A stretch of 64,000 nucleotides of DNA from an uncultured delta proteobacterium (GTDB lineage: Bacteria > Desulfobacterota > Desulfobacteria > Desulfobacterales > UBA2156), in assembly GCA_963736855.1 (NCBI GenBank), contig CAVTQK010000017.1, positions 96,001-160,000 on the forward strand, read 5' to 3'. The notes below the pieces were generated by a model that was not told where the DNA came from, did not search any database, and worked only from the letters and a program-made list of their open reading frames with translations. Shown here one piece after another: positions 50,859 to 63,109 of the stretch. Each line of letters begins with the position of its first letter. The first letter of the stretch is position 1. Made by a program: the position numbers and the translations under genes.

Positions 50859-51893
50859 CTATTCCATCAGGGACGGAGCGCGGAACCGATAGCCTGCGGA
50901 AACCTTTCTGTCCGTCTGGGTAATCGCCACGGTGGCGACCCCCTCCTCGGCCAACAGCACCAGGATGGTCCCGAAATCGATGGGGCCGACCGTCACCTCC
51001 TGTTTAGTTTCGGGTTTAATCCTCTTGTCATATTCGCAGATCAGATACTGTTGACCGGCTTCGACCCCGTCCCGACGCCCCTTGTCGATGAAGGCGATAT
51101 GCCCGTCCCCCATGAGTTCGAGATTTTCTTCCGAGGCCACGATGGTTCCGCTAAGTCCTTTTTGACACCGGGCCAGTGTGATGATGGGGGTGCGTTTTTC
51201 ATAAGGCATGATGAGGTCGTTGATCTTGATCTGCCGGTAGGATTTGATGACGGTGGCCACGGCATATTGTGGCTTGACGTCGGTGACTTCCACCACGCCG
51301 GTCAAATAATGATGGACTCCCAGCCCGGGCGGCGCCAGGGAACCGGGGATGGGCTGGGTTCTAAAGACCGTGTAACGGCCGCCGGCTTCAAAGGGCTCGC
51401 CTTCCGTCTTCCAGAGAAAGACCTCGTCTCCATCGGCGATGATGATCTTGTCTCCGATCACCTTGAAAAGAGATCCGATCGGTTTGGCCGGTTCCGGCCT
51501 GACGAACCCGGCGGCGTCGATGGGGGAAAAGATCGCGAAGGGCGCTTCACTCCCGGTAACCTGGGGGGAAATCAAACGCAGAGGAATTTTCTTGGTTCCA
51601 CCCCCGTGGTATAGGCAGATCCGGTCTCCTTCCTTGAGATCATACGGATTTTGGATTTGTTTATTGTCTTTCCAAAGCTGGGGCCAGTAGGCTTCCGAAT
51701 CAAAGAACCGCTTGGCGACATCGACCAGCGTTTCCCCTTTTTTGGCGGTGTAATAGATGCCGAACTCATAGGGGAGGTCCTGTTCCGCATTCTGGGCCAG
51801 GGCAGGAAAGGAAAGACAAAGAACCAATCCCAACATCAGAATCGCTTTTGACACGTCGGATAAAGAAGATGGATAAAGCATGGCCGTCCTCAT
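50859..51893 (-). CDS. Secreted LysM domain protein (TsaP-like)
   Basis: Signal peptide and YTAKKGETL..A.RF....WP.LW..N..I.NP LysM domain; located downstream of the pilin operon. Confidence 0.8.
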   Translation of the reverse strand: MRTAMLYPSSLSDVSKAILMLGLVLCLSFPALAQNAEQDLPYEFGIYYTAKKGETLVDVAKRFFDSEAYWPQLWKDNKQIQNPYDLKEGDRICLYHGGGTKKIPLRLISPQVTGSEAPFAIFSPIDAAGFVRPEPAKPIGSLFKVIGDKIIIADGDEVFLWKTEGEPFEAGGRYTVFRTQPIPGSLAPPGLGVHHYLTGVVEVTDVKPQYAVATVIKSYRQIKINDLIMPYEKRTPIITLARCQKGLSGTIVASEENLELMGDGHIAFIDKGRRDGVEAGQQYLICEYDKRIKPETKQEVTVGPIDFGTILVLLAEEGVATVAITQTDRKVSAGYRFRAPSLME

Positions 51894-52041
51894 TTCTGTT
51901 GGCGTTGATGAAAGGAAACGGCATTTACCTGGATATACCGCAGGAGATATGTTTCAAAAAAAATGGAATCTGTCAAGGAGTTGCAAACGGAAAAAGATAA
52001 AAGCCGATTCCGAATCCCGGCCCTGTGCGATTTATGACGGC

Positions 52042-52620
52042 TCATGGGGAAGGCGGTTTAGGGGACGGATTCCGGGCGGCCTTTGCAGGATCGGGCATTT
52101 TTTTCTCAAAGGCATCCATCTTTTCCTTAAACGCCTTCACATTGACTGTGTAATCGTCGCATCGTTTCTGGTAGGCGGCGATGCGATCTTTCAGCGCAAA
52201 GACCGCATCGTTATAAGCCTTGACCTCGGCCGGCCCTCCGGGGATGCTTCTTTCACGCTGGAGGCGGTCCCTTTCCTTGATGATCTCTGAAAATTCGGCA
52301 TCCAGGGCTTCTTTTTCGGCAAAAACGGACACTCCATCGGCGCCGGTGGAGGCGCTGCTTGGAACTCCAGATGCCGGTGGAACCGGTAAATCCTTTCTGC
52401 TGGGTGTTTCCTCCTTAGGCAGATCCGCTTTGGGTTCCTGTTCCTCCGGAATGACCGAAGGGCGCTGGTTTTCGGGCACCTTCCGGATATCGTCGGTAAA
52501 ATGCGGAACCCCCTGTTCATCCATATACCGGTACGTGCCGGCATCTGCGCACGGTAAACCCCATGCGACCCATTGCATCAGGAAAAAGGCTGCGAAGAAA
52601 AACCGCCAGGGATGATTCAT
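52042..52620 (-). CDS. DUF4124 domain-containing secreted protein
   Basis: Signal peptide, YRYMDEQGVPHFTD and a C-terminal coiled coil. Confidence 0.82.
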   Translation of the reverse strand: MNHPWRFFFAAFFLMQWVAWGLPCADAGTYRYMDEQGVPHFTDDIRKVPENQRPSVIPEEQEPKADLPKEETPSRKDLPVPPASGVPSSASTGADGVSVFAEKEALDAEFSEIIKERDRLQRERSIPGGPAEVKAYNDAVFALKDRIAAYQKRCDDYTVNVKAFKEKMDAFEKKMPDPAKAARNPSPKPPSP

Positions 52621-52630
52621 GCCGGTTTGC

Positions 52631-52993
52631 CTATTTATTTTTCTTTTCGCTTCGCTTGATCAGCCAGAGGGATTCGATTTTTCCCTTGGAATCCAGCAGA
52701 AAACCCACTTTGTCGCCGACTCGAAAACCGGACGGCCCGGAATTCAAGGCATCCGGCTGATTGAAAGTCGCTCCTGAAGCCAGCTCGTAGTTACTGTCGC
52801 TTATGGTTATTTTGCCGCTGCCGATTTCATCCAGATAACCCCTGCCGTCGAAGCTCAAGGGATATCCCGAATAAATCGGCTTTTCTTCTCCTATCGCTTC
52901 GATGGGATAGGATGCGACAAGGAGAATTCCGACGATGATCATCATCCAAAACCCGTTCGCCCAGGGGCTGTTTTTTTTGTTTATCCGAAGCAT
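52631..52993 (-). CDS. Small exported beta-rich protein (PilY2-like position)
   Basis: N-terminal hydrophobic segment and OB-fold-like G..V.F....G.I..LW pattern; immediately after pilY1. Confidence 0.55.
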   Translation of the reverse strand: MLRINKKNSPWANGFWMMIIVGILLVASYPIEAIGEEKPIYSGYPLSFDGRGYLDEIGSGKITISDSNYELASGATFNQPDALNSGPSGFRVGDKVGFLLDSKGKIESLWLIKRSEKKNK

Positions 52994-53026
52994 GGCATTT
53001 CCTTTCGTGTACCGAACATTCTCTTG

Positions 53027-56000
53027 TTATTTTTCAATCCAGTAGAAGATTCCCCGCTTCTCGGCTTTTTCAAAGAGCGGCGTCATGGTCGCCGTTTCGT
53101 TGTTGAACAGCTTCACTTCACGATCCGGCTCTCCCGGTTCTTCGATTCGCAGGATCTTGGGCGGCTGGAGCAACCCGAGATAGGCGATACCGGTCGGGGG
53201 GATAGGATCTGTGCTGGGATCGCTATCGTGATCGATGAGATCGTCAGCATCGATCTTGTTGTCTCCGTTGGTATCGAAAATTCCCTCCGACGGGTTCCCA
53301 ACGCTCATATTTCCGCCGGTGAGATTTCCACCCCGGGCGGCGTTCATCTCGTGGATCATGCTGTAACCGCTTCCCGAGCATTCCGAATCTTTCGGAGAAA
53401 AAGAGAGCACGATGGCCCTGCCTTCCCGGATCAGGGGATCCACGATCACCCGTTCACCCATGAAATCGGCATGGGTGTTGGGGAAGTCGAAGAACCAGCC
53501 CAGATGGGTAATCGCTTCGCCGGTTTCATTGACATTCCCGTCACCGTTGTTGTCTATAGAGTCGCTGGCATAGGTGGTGTAGATATGGGGATCCGGGAAC
53601 TGTCCGGGATCATCGGCGACATAATAGTTGGCGGGATAGGCGCTCAAAATCCGGATATAATGCCCATAGACCTCTTCGAAATAGATTTCATCCTGTCTTC
53701 TCAGATAGAAACCGGTGGGATAAGACAGCGCGCCGGTGGTGCGATTGGAGATGGATCCAACATAGGCCGTGTCTTCGGCGTCGTCCCCGTAATCCCATAT
53801 GCCGTAGATGGATTGCACCGGATAGGTGGTGGTGAGCCGATCCGCATCCCCGATGAATTTCCCGGTACCGAATATCACCATGTATCCGTGCTTGGTGGGG
53901 TGATACATGATCTTCGGGCTTGGTGGTGATGGGTTGAGTCGTGCCGGCCCGGAAAAGCGGTTGGGGGGTTCCATTATTGAAAGCCACCGACCAACTCGAT
54001 GCGGTTCCGGAGGTGAGATCGAATTTCCACAGGTTTCCCCGCAGATCCCCGGCATAGACGTAGTCCACTCGGCCGTCGTTGTTGGGATCGATGAGGGTGG
54101 GGGTCGAAAGGCCGTTGTCGCCTCCCTCACCGGTGTCGATCTTACGAATCAAGGCGCCGGTCTCGGCGTCCACCACGAAGAGCACGGCGTGGCCGTTGAC
54201 GCTGTTGTAGCCGTTTCCGAAGATGACCACCCATTGATCCGCATCGGCGGGGTTGACCTTGTTTTTCTTGACCGTGAAGCCCCGGCTGTAACTTAAGCCC
54301 AGATCATCGGCGTCGGTGGGAAGGGTCGCGGAGTTCGGGTATTCCCACAGCACCCAGTCTTTGACGGTTCCTTCATTGGAGGTTCCCGAAGTGACGGTAT
54401 GGGCGTTTTTCACATCCAAAGCAAAGTACCCCTGGCCTCCGGCTCCCAGCCCGCAGACCAGCAGGACATGATCAATGGTCGAAGGGTTGGTTGCATTGGG
54501 AATCACCCGAATAGAAGCTGAGTTGTCCACGAAGAAGAGGTGGCTGTAATTCGGATCGGCCAGGTATCTGAGGTTGTTGAAAACCCGGTTGGGCACATAG
54601 GCAAAGCGTTCCGTGCCGTCCGCCATGTTGAAGGCATGCAGCATGCCGCCGTTTCCGCCCACAAAGAGGGTCCCCTGTCCGCTTGACTGATGCTTATACA
54701 GGAGGGGCGCCGAATGAATCAGATCAGCCACTGCTTTTTCCCGGGTTCTGAATCCCGTGATCGCCTCTCCCCTCAGATAATTGATGAGGTTTTCGGCCAG
54801 TACCGTGTTGGTGGTGGACCATGTCGGGTCCAGGGCCAGCAATTGATCCTCGGTGAGCCCGTCGACTCCAAAGCTTGTAGGATATCGGAAGGGAATGCCG
54901 TCTCCGCTTACCGGGTTATAGGTAACGATGGTGCGCATAGCCCCGGTCCACCGGCCTGGGAAATCAAATCCTGGAGCTTTTCTTCCGCCGACCACATGGG
55001 CCGGGTGACGCCGGCGCTGCTGCAGAAAGGGGGAAGCTCTGCGGTGGTTTTATCCGGGGTGCAGACGGTGCCCGTTTCCGGGTCAATCGCCAGAGACAGG
55101 AGGTCCCCGCTCCAGTCGCTGGTGCTGAACCGGGCCTGGTAGATCCGGGTGGTCTCGGTGAGGTTTTCGCCGTTGGCGGTCACCGAGGCACCGGATGCGG
55201 CCTTGGCCTGGATGCTCTGGAGGATGGAAACCAGGGCGTCCACCAGTTCGCCGGGATCCTGGGCGCTGAAAAAAGCCCCCCTCCCGTTGATGGCCGCATG
55301 GTACAGGTCATCGATCTTGTCGCTGTCCTCGGCATCCCCCGGGTTCGGCCAGGCAATGGCCGTGCCTACAGACGGACACGCCCCGAAGACATCGGGGTCG
55401 ATGCCTCCCGCCACGCCGAAAGAAACCGTATAGGTCACCATGTGCTGCCACTGGGCCTTGTCGCACTGGTCTTCCGCAACCTCGTTGGGAAGGGTTGTGG
55501 AGAGATCTTTTTTATAAAATTTCATGGCCACGTCGGCCAATGTGTTGGAATAGCTGTCGCTCCAGGGAGCCACACCGGAACAGATTTCCCCTCCCGGGCA
55601 GCCCCCCGCACCGTCGGCATTTCCCGCATCGGAGATGTTCACGTTCCAATACCCGTCGGTCATGGCGATGGCAAAGGACATCTGGCAGTGACCGCCGTTG
55701 GCCTCGGTGTCATAGGGGGATGCCCCCAGCACCGGGTGGCTGCCGTCGGTTGCGTCGAAATATTCCCCGACTTCGTGGAGTGCGCCGACCAGGGGCGTGT
55801 TACTTGCGGAATTGATGGCGTAAAGCAGCCCCAGCAGGTAGTCCGTGTCGTCGGCTTCCACAAAGCCGCTTTCCGGCTCGAATTTCACGGCGTCGGCCAA
55901 CGTGCTGCTTCCGTAGTTGCCGCCGTTTCCCATCCGTTCGACCTTGACGTATCCGCCGGTCCCTTCGTTAAAAGAATAGGTTCCCAGCAGACACCCATTC

Positions 56001-57717
56001 GCCGCAGGGGTTCCCGGCTTCCTGGCGCTGGTTGACAGTGACGATCGAGTCTCCGCCGGCATGGTGAATCGTGTGTCTGGCAGTTGTATCCCGGTTGTTG
56101 TAGCAGTTGTACCAGGTGTAAACCTGGTAGTTTCCGGCTGCCGGGAGGTTCGGCGTCCATTTGGCCCACGCGTTCGTCGTGGAGGTATAATAGGAGCTGT
56201 TGTTCCATTCGTTGGGGTTTCCGGACTCGGACCATCCCGAACTCCGGGTGAAGGTGCCGTCCTTGTTATCCACGATGACGGCGTTGGTGTCCACCTTCAC
56301 GGGGCGGACTCCGGTCCGGGCGCCCCCGGTCTCGTGGATGGTGTAAAATCCTACGTTCACCCGGGAGATGCGGGTGATGGAGGTGGCCACGGCGGCCTTG
56401 GCGGCCAGCTCCCGGCGGCGGTAAAAGGAGTACCAGTTGGCGAAGTTCTGAAGGTCTTCGGTGTGGTCCTTGTACCGGACAAAGGTCCCGTCTTCCTCGT
56501 AGATGGCGGGCTTGATGCTGTCCGGCTCGCTTCCGGTCACCTCGATGAGCTCATTGCCTTCGACGCGATTGTCCGCGTCGGAGTCCACGAACCGGTAGTA
56601 TTTCCGGACCCAGACCCCGCTTTCCTGGACGAAATTGACCAGGTAGATGTTTTCCCCGGCATCCAGTTCGCCGTCGCTGTCTGCGTCATCGAAGGTGTAA
56701 TAATGGGTATTTTTAATGCTGACGGTGGAGGCGGCACTCCTGACAAACCGGGCGGCGTCCGCTCCGTAACGGCAGCAGGCCCCGCTGGTGATGTCGGCGT
56801 TGATTTCCACGTATTCGGTGCCGTCGCCGTTGAAGGTGAAGGTCCCCAGGGAGAGCCACTGGTCCCCCTGGCCTTCGTCCGGGTGGTGGCTGATGGGGGT
56901 GACCCCGAGGTTTCCGACGGTGGATACGGTGGTCACGCCGCCGGCGTGCTTGATGTCATAGGTGACGTCTTTCCTTCGGGTGTCGAGCATCCGGAACCAG
57001 ACAAAGACCTCGTAGGTTCCGACTCCCGGAAGGGTCGGGGTCCACCGGGCCCAGACGGTGCCGTCCGGCTGATTCTGGCTGTAATGATAGTTCGAGCCGA
57101 TATCGTTGCCGTAGCTGGATCGTCCCCCAGTGGGATGCATTGGACATTAAAAATCCGGGATCCGTGTTGTCCACTACCACGGTGGCGGTTGTCAGGCTGA
57201 CGGCATGATACTCGGCGGTGAGGTCGAAGGTGGGGGTGGAATTTTGGGGGTTGGAGCGGACATGGGCCAGGTCCGCGATGTTCACATCCGTCTTCCCGGG
57301 CCAGTGCAGGTATTCGCTTTTGGGGTTGTAAAAAAGCTTATTGTACCCCGACCACTGGGATTTCCACAAGCCCCGGGTGGCCCCGGAAGCAGGGCTGGTT
57401 CGAGAAAGGATGGTCCCGTTGGAATCCCCAGACGAATAGGTGTTGTCCCCGGGATCATCGAAGAGGTATTCAATATCACCATCAAAAACCCCTTCATTTT
57501 GGGTGGTCATGAACTCCCAGTCCATTGAGCCGGAGTTGTCCAGCACGAACATGGCGTTGGGCGGGGGGGGATTGAGCCGGTGGGACATGGGGGTCTGGCT
57601 GACCTCCACTCCCAAAACTCCGGGGGCAATCCCCAGAAGCCCTATGGCAAGGATAGCGATGATGGCCCTTGCCATAACCCCTTTATTTTTCTGATGGATA
57701 TTTTTCTTCGTCTTCAT
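53027..57717 (-). CDS. pilY1: PilY1/PilC type IV pilus tip adhesin, about 1560 aa, interrupted by four single-base frameshifts
   Basis: Five overlapping ORFs join into signal peptide, vWA-like DNSGS..TPL..MTDG and beta-propeller (GMLHAF, AYVP, YAGDLRGNLWKFDL, FGTG, GWFFDF). Breaks at ~57126, ~55995, ~54952 and ~53915. Confidence 0.88.
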
Positions 57718-57731
57718 GGGACGCTCCTTTT

Positions 57732-58247
57732 TTAGTATCGCTTTAAAAAACCGGCTTCGATCATGGCCATGGGATTGTTGCCGGAGTCGTAATACCTTCC
57801 CAGCACCGTGTATTCGTACAAAAGATCCGGGTTTTCCATCCCTAAAGATGCGCTCTTGGCCACCCCCACGCGCACGGTGGTGAATGCCGTGCTCGGTGTC
57901 GATCCGGGTTCAGCGGTGTCCGGGGCGGACCCGTCAAAGTCCCAGGGGGTCGTCAGCATGGACAGTTTCGGATCGCTGGGTCCGTTGGGGTTCAACCAGT
58001 CCTCATTGTTGGTCGTCAGCTTGATCACATCGATCTCGTCATCCAGTTTTTGAGCCGCCTCCATGGCCGCCGATTCGGCGGCATAGAAGTTGATGGTGTG
58101 GGTGGATGCATTGCGAACGATGTTGGACTCCAGGACCGAGTTGGCGATCATGGTGAAACCGGCTGCGGCCATCATGACCAGGATCAGCAGGGTGAAAAAG
58201 AGGATCGAGCCTTCTTCGCTTTTTAGGGTTTTTTTCAGGGTGTTCAT
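57732..58247 (-). CDS. PilX-like minor pilin
   Basis: EEG/SILFFTLLIL prepilin-like N-terminus lacking Glu5, plus FYAAES motif. Confidence 0.82.
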   Translation of the reverse strand: MNTLKKTLKSEEGSILFFTLLILVMMAAAGFTMIANSVLESNIVRNASTHTINFYAAESAAMEAAQKLDDEIDVIKLTTNNEDWLNPNGPSDPKLSMLTTPWDFDGSAPDTAEPGSTPSTAFTTVRVGVAKSASLGMENPDLLYEYTVLGRYYDSGNNPMAMIEAGFLKRY

Positions 58248-58271
58248 ACCGATAGCCTCGCAAAAAAAGAG

Positions 58272-58721
58272 TTAGGATTCCAGATCCTGAATCTCCGCCT
58301 TGGTAAAGGTCAGGGTCACGGCCGGAAGGACGCTCTGGTTAATCCGGACGGTCACCGTGACCGTCTTGGTGTTGTTGGGCGGGATAGGGCCCAAATTGTC
58401 GACAACCGCGTAGGAGAGGTTGTACCGGTTACCAGGTCCGGTGTTGCCGATGGCATGAGGGCCGGCGCTGATGTTGGCGTCGTTGAAGGACAGCCGGTAA
58501 ATGGTTTCGATCTGATCGGTGGCCACCGTGTAGGCTTCCGTATAAAGACGGGAATGGGTGTCGGTGTTGGTGGCCCGGACCTGCAGCCCCGCGATCCCCA
58601 GGATTCCGACAGCAAAGATCGCCACCGAGATGAGGACCTCCATGAGGGAGTATCCGGTTTCCGAGTCCGGAAGGGACATCAAATACCTCAGGATTTTTGT
58701 CTTCAAGAATCTTTTCATCAT
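58272..58721 (-). CDS. PilV-like minor pilin
   Basis: G/YSLMEVLISVAIFAVGILG..LQ N-methylation motif. Confidence 0.85.
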   Translation of the reverse strand: MMKRFLKTKILRYLMSLPDSETGYSLMEVLISVAIFAVGILGIAGLQVRATNTDTHSRLYTEAYTVATDQIETIYRLSFNDANISAGPHAIGNTGPGNRYNLSYAVVDNLGPIPPNNTKTVTVTVRINQSVLPAVTLTFTKAEIQDLES

Positions 58722-58730
58722 CGATTCCTC

Positions 58731-59489
58731 TTACGATTTCAGCCCGGTGTTGCGCACCCGGATCTCCGTAGAGAGCATGATCCGGCGGATGGTGTCGTTG
58801 GGGGCCGGCAAAATGGTTGTCCCCTGGAGATTCGTATAAACCGTCCGGTCGGTCTGATCCCGCATCAGGACCGGGTTGTCCGAACGGACGACGAGGGTTA
58901 CCTGGACGGCGCGGATATCGGACAGGATGACTGTGGGGTTTCCTGCATTATCCAGGTAAACGAAATTCAGGACCTGCACGTTATCGGCTACACGCTGGAG
59001 CCCGCCGCCCGTGTCTCTGCACAGGGAGCAGGGAACGGCCAACGAGTCGGCGATCCCGTCGTTGTCGGCATCACAGTTCACACCACCATCGGCCCACAGT
59101 CGGTATCGGATATTTTCATTGGGACCCCCCAGGTCCGCATTATACCACTCGTCGCCTTCGTCCGTCTGGCCGTCTTTATCGTTATCGATGGTGTCAAGTT
59201 CTCCGCCGGTAACATCCTTGGTGAACTGGATCTCGTTGGCATTGGCGATGAGAAATCCGGCACCGGCATTACCGGTGGGATCGAGTCCTGCCACACGGAT
59301 TTCCCGTTCCATGAGCATGAGGGCGGCCCGGGCATGCTGGTTCATTTCCACGACTGCCATCTGGGTGGCGTTGGTTTGGAGTTGGGACTGGTACATGACA
59401 TACACCGCGCTCATCACGATGCCGGCTACGGCTAAAGCCACCATCAACTCGACCAGAGTAACGCCTTTTTGGTTCATGCGTTGATTCAT
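58731..59489 (-). CDS. PilW-like minor pilin
   Basis: QKG/VTLVELMVAL and EIRVAG motifs; own ATG at 59489. Confidence 0.85.
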   Translation of the reverse strand: MNQRMNQKGVTLVELMVALAVAGIVMSAVYVMYQSQLQTNATQMAVVEMNQHARAALMLMEREIRVAGLDPTGNAGAGFLIANANEIQFTKDVTGGELDTIDNDKDGQTDEGDEWYNADLGGPNENIRYRLWADGGVNCDADNDGIADSLAVPCSLCRDTGGGLQRVADNVQVLNFVYLDNAGNPTVILSDIRAVQVTLVVRSDNPVLMRDQTDRTVYTNLQGTTILPAPNDTIRRIMLSTEIRVRNTGLKS

Positions 59490-59503
59490 CCTTATTTCAA
59501 CAG

Positions 59504-60071
59504 TTATTGGCTCCAGACACCGCCGGACCAGATTCTCGAGACCACGACGCCCGCCATGGATGGCGTGCCCAAAGCAAAGGCATCTCCTCGGCTGTTGGAA
59601 AGATAAACATAACCCATCCCTCGAATCAAACCGGTGGGAAGAAAAACGACGGTGTTTCCGGGGCAGGTAACTCACAAATCCGGGCGGAAATGCACCGCCT
59701 CCCAGAGTTGCGTTTGTCGTTGCATTTCCATTTCCGTACCCTACGCCGCTGCTATACTTGTTCAGTCTGATGATCTTGACGTCAACGTCATCGAGGCCAT
59801 AGATCGGGCTGTCGATGATGCGGTTGGCACCGGAATCCACGACCCGATAATCCCCTGTGGCCGTACTAAAGAAAACTGCGAACTCCCGGTTTTCCCGAAT
59901 GGCCCGCATCCGGGTGGCCTGGAGTTCGCCTCTCAGGTCGCTGGCGGCATTCTGCAGGCGGTACTTGGGGATCCAGCCGATCATGTTCGGGATGGCGATG
60001 GCGCTGGCAATGGCGATGATGGCTATTGTGACTGCCAGTTCCAGGAGCGTAAACCCCGCGTCTTTCCTCAC
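59504..60071 (-). CDS. FimT/FimU/GspH-like minor pilin (+1 frameshift at ~59660; 188 aa when corrected)
   Basis: G/FTLLELAVTIAII..IP, ARxxAI-type motif (TRMRAI); corrected end PGNTVVFLPTG..GYVYL..VWSQ* at 59504. Confidence 0.85.
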
Positions 60072-60133
60072 GATGTGGATTCCTTTTTTGGGTGGATCAT
60101 TTATTCTGAAAAAATAACAGCAAAGAGAAGATA

Positions 60134-60149
60134 CGCAAATATCGTACCA
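60134..60149 (-). promoter_or_regulatory. Sigma54 (-24/-12) promoter of the minor pilin operon
   Basis: TGGTAC-GATAT-TTGC about 63 bp upstream of the first pilin start; IHF-like TTTCAGATAGTTA at 60212-60224. Confidence 0.72.
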
Positions 60150-60390
60150 CTTTGGTCGAAGTTTGGGGCAGGATTTGAAAAGAAAGGCAGGGTTAAAAAT
60201 TATTTATTTATTTTCAGATAGTTATCAAAATTAAGGGTCAAAGGAAAGTTAAGGAACGGAATCAATGCAAAGGTTCCCGAAATAGAATCAGGCAGATTCT
60301 TAAAACAATATTTGACAAACTATTAAAAGTTTTAATAGTCATTCCCGATTGGGTGGAGGGGTTTATCCCCGTCTTCCCGGGATAAAACAA

Positions 60391-60423
60391 GAAGCCCCCA
60401 CCCGGAAAACGGTTGGGGGCTTC
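60391..60423 (-). terminator. Intrinsic terminator after groEL
   Basis: GAAGCCCCCA..TGGGGGCTTC stem followed by TTGTTTT on the minus strand. Confidence 0.8.
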
Positions 60424-60453
60424 GATATTAAAACTTTCGGGGAAGGAGACAGG

Positions 60454-62121
<1,668 letters not shown>

Positions 62122-62143
62122 TTATTGAATGAATTATTCTGAG

Positions 62144-62431
62144 CTATTCGATTATTCCCAAGACGTCATCTTCACGCATCATAATGTACTCTTTGCCCTC
62201 GATCTTGACCTCGGTGCCGGAGTACTTGCCGAACAAGATCCGGTCGCCCTTTTTAAGATCGAGTGGGATCCGCTTGCCGTTTTCGTCCAGCTTGCCGTTC
62301 CCCACGGCTATGACCTTGCCCTCGGCAGGCTTTTCCTTGGCAGTATCCGGAATGATGATCCCGCCCTTGGTCTTTTGTTCCTCTTCCACACGCTCCACTA
62401 AGATTCGGTCCTGCAACGGTTTCAGTTTCAT
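62144..62431 (-). CDS. groS: Co-chaperonin GroES
   Basis: [25 protein letters not shown]. Confidence 0.99.
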   Translation of the reverse strand: MKLKPLQDRILVERVEEEQKTKGGIIIPDTAKEKPAEGKVIAVGNGKLDENGKRIPLDLKKGDRILFGKYSGTEVKIEGKEYIMMREDDVLGIIE

Positions 62432-62777
62432 GGTGTCCTTTCTCCTTTACGAATCGTGATGTTTATAATGATCGAATTTCCTGTTGTTATTCTTACAGGC
62501 CTATATTGACCCCAAGTCCTGGTTCAGACGCCACCCCCTTTCCCAAGTAAGGCCGGGTATGCCTTTTACTGAAAGGTGTAAGTTCTTGCAGACCTTAATC
62601 ACTCATTCGGTTTTGTAAAGGTCTCGAATTAAAAAAATGATTGGGAATTTGACGTCTTAACCCCCAAAAAAAGCTTAAGGCCCATCGCCTCTGTATCTTC
62701 CGATCACGATGGTCCTTTCAGACTTTCAGATCGGGTCAGCTTGTTGCGGTTCGGGGGAGGGTTACGGGGAGATATCC

Positions 62778-63062
62778 CTAATCCTCGGACTTTCCGGATG
62801 TGCTGGTGTCCGGATTGGCGCTTTTGGCACTTTCCGAGTCGGACTTGGCCTTCTTACCGGAAACGCCTTGGGAATTTTTGGATCGATTGGCATAGTCGGT
62901 GACGTACCAGCCGGTGCCCTTGAGATGAAATGAGCTATGAGAGATAAGCTTCCGCAGCTTTCCTGCGCAATTGCCGCACCGGGTGAGCGGCTTGTCGGAA
63001 AAATTTTGAAACGCCTCTTTAATATGACCGCATCGGGTGCATTCATACTCATAGACCGGCAT
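62778..63062 (-). CDS. FmdB family zinc-ribbon protein
   Basis: MPVYEYECTRCGH..CGNC..LKGTGWYVTDY with a low-complexity tail. Confidence 0.92.
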   Translation of the reverse strand: MPVYEYECTRCGHIKEAFQNFSDKPLTRCGNCAGKLRKLISHSSFHLKGTGWYVTDYANRSKNSQGVSGKKAKSDSESAKSANPDTSTSGKSED

Positions 63063-63109
63063 AATCAGTATACCTCCCTTTTTGAAAGTAAATTTAATAT
63101 AATGCTTCA

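Noticed and set aside
55860..57190. Diversity-generating retroelement or recent duplication in pilY1
   Set aside because: The two modules are similar only at the protein level, with no adenine-specific near-identical repeat pair and no reverse transcriptase.
58731..60071. 446-aa ORF that looks like a novel two-pilin fusion
   Set aside because: It results from a +1 frameshift in fimT; removing one C restores a stop at 59504 and a separate PilW start at 59489.
62432..62777. CIRCE/HrcA operator upstream of groES
   Set aside because: No TTAGCACTC-N9-GAGTGCTAA; TTAATCACTC near 62595 is a partial half-site with no partner.
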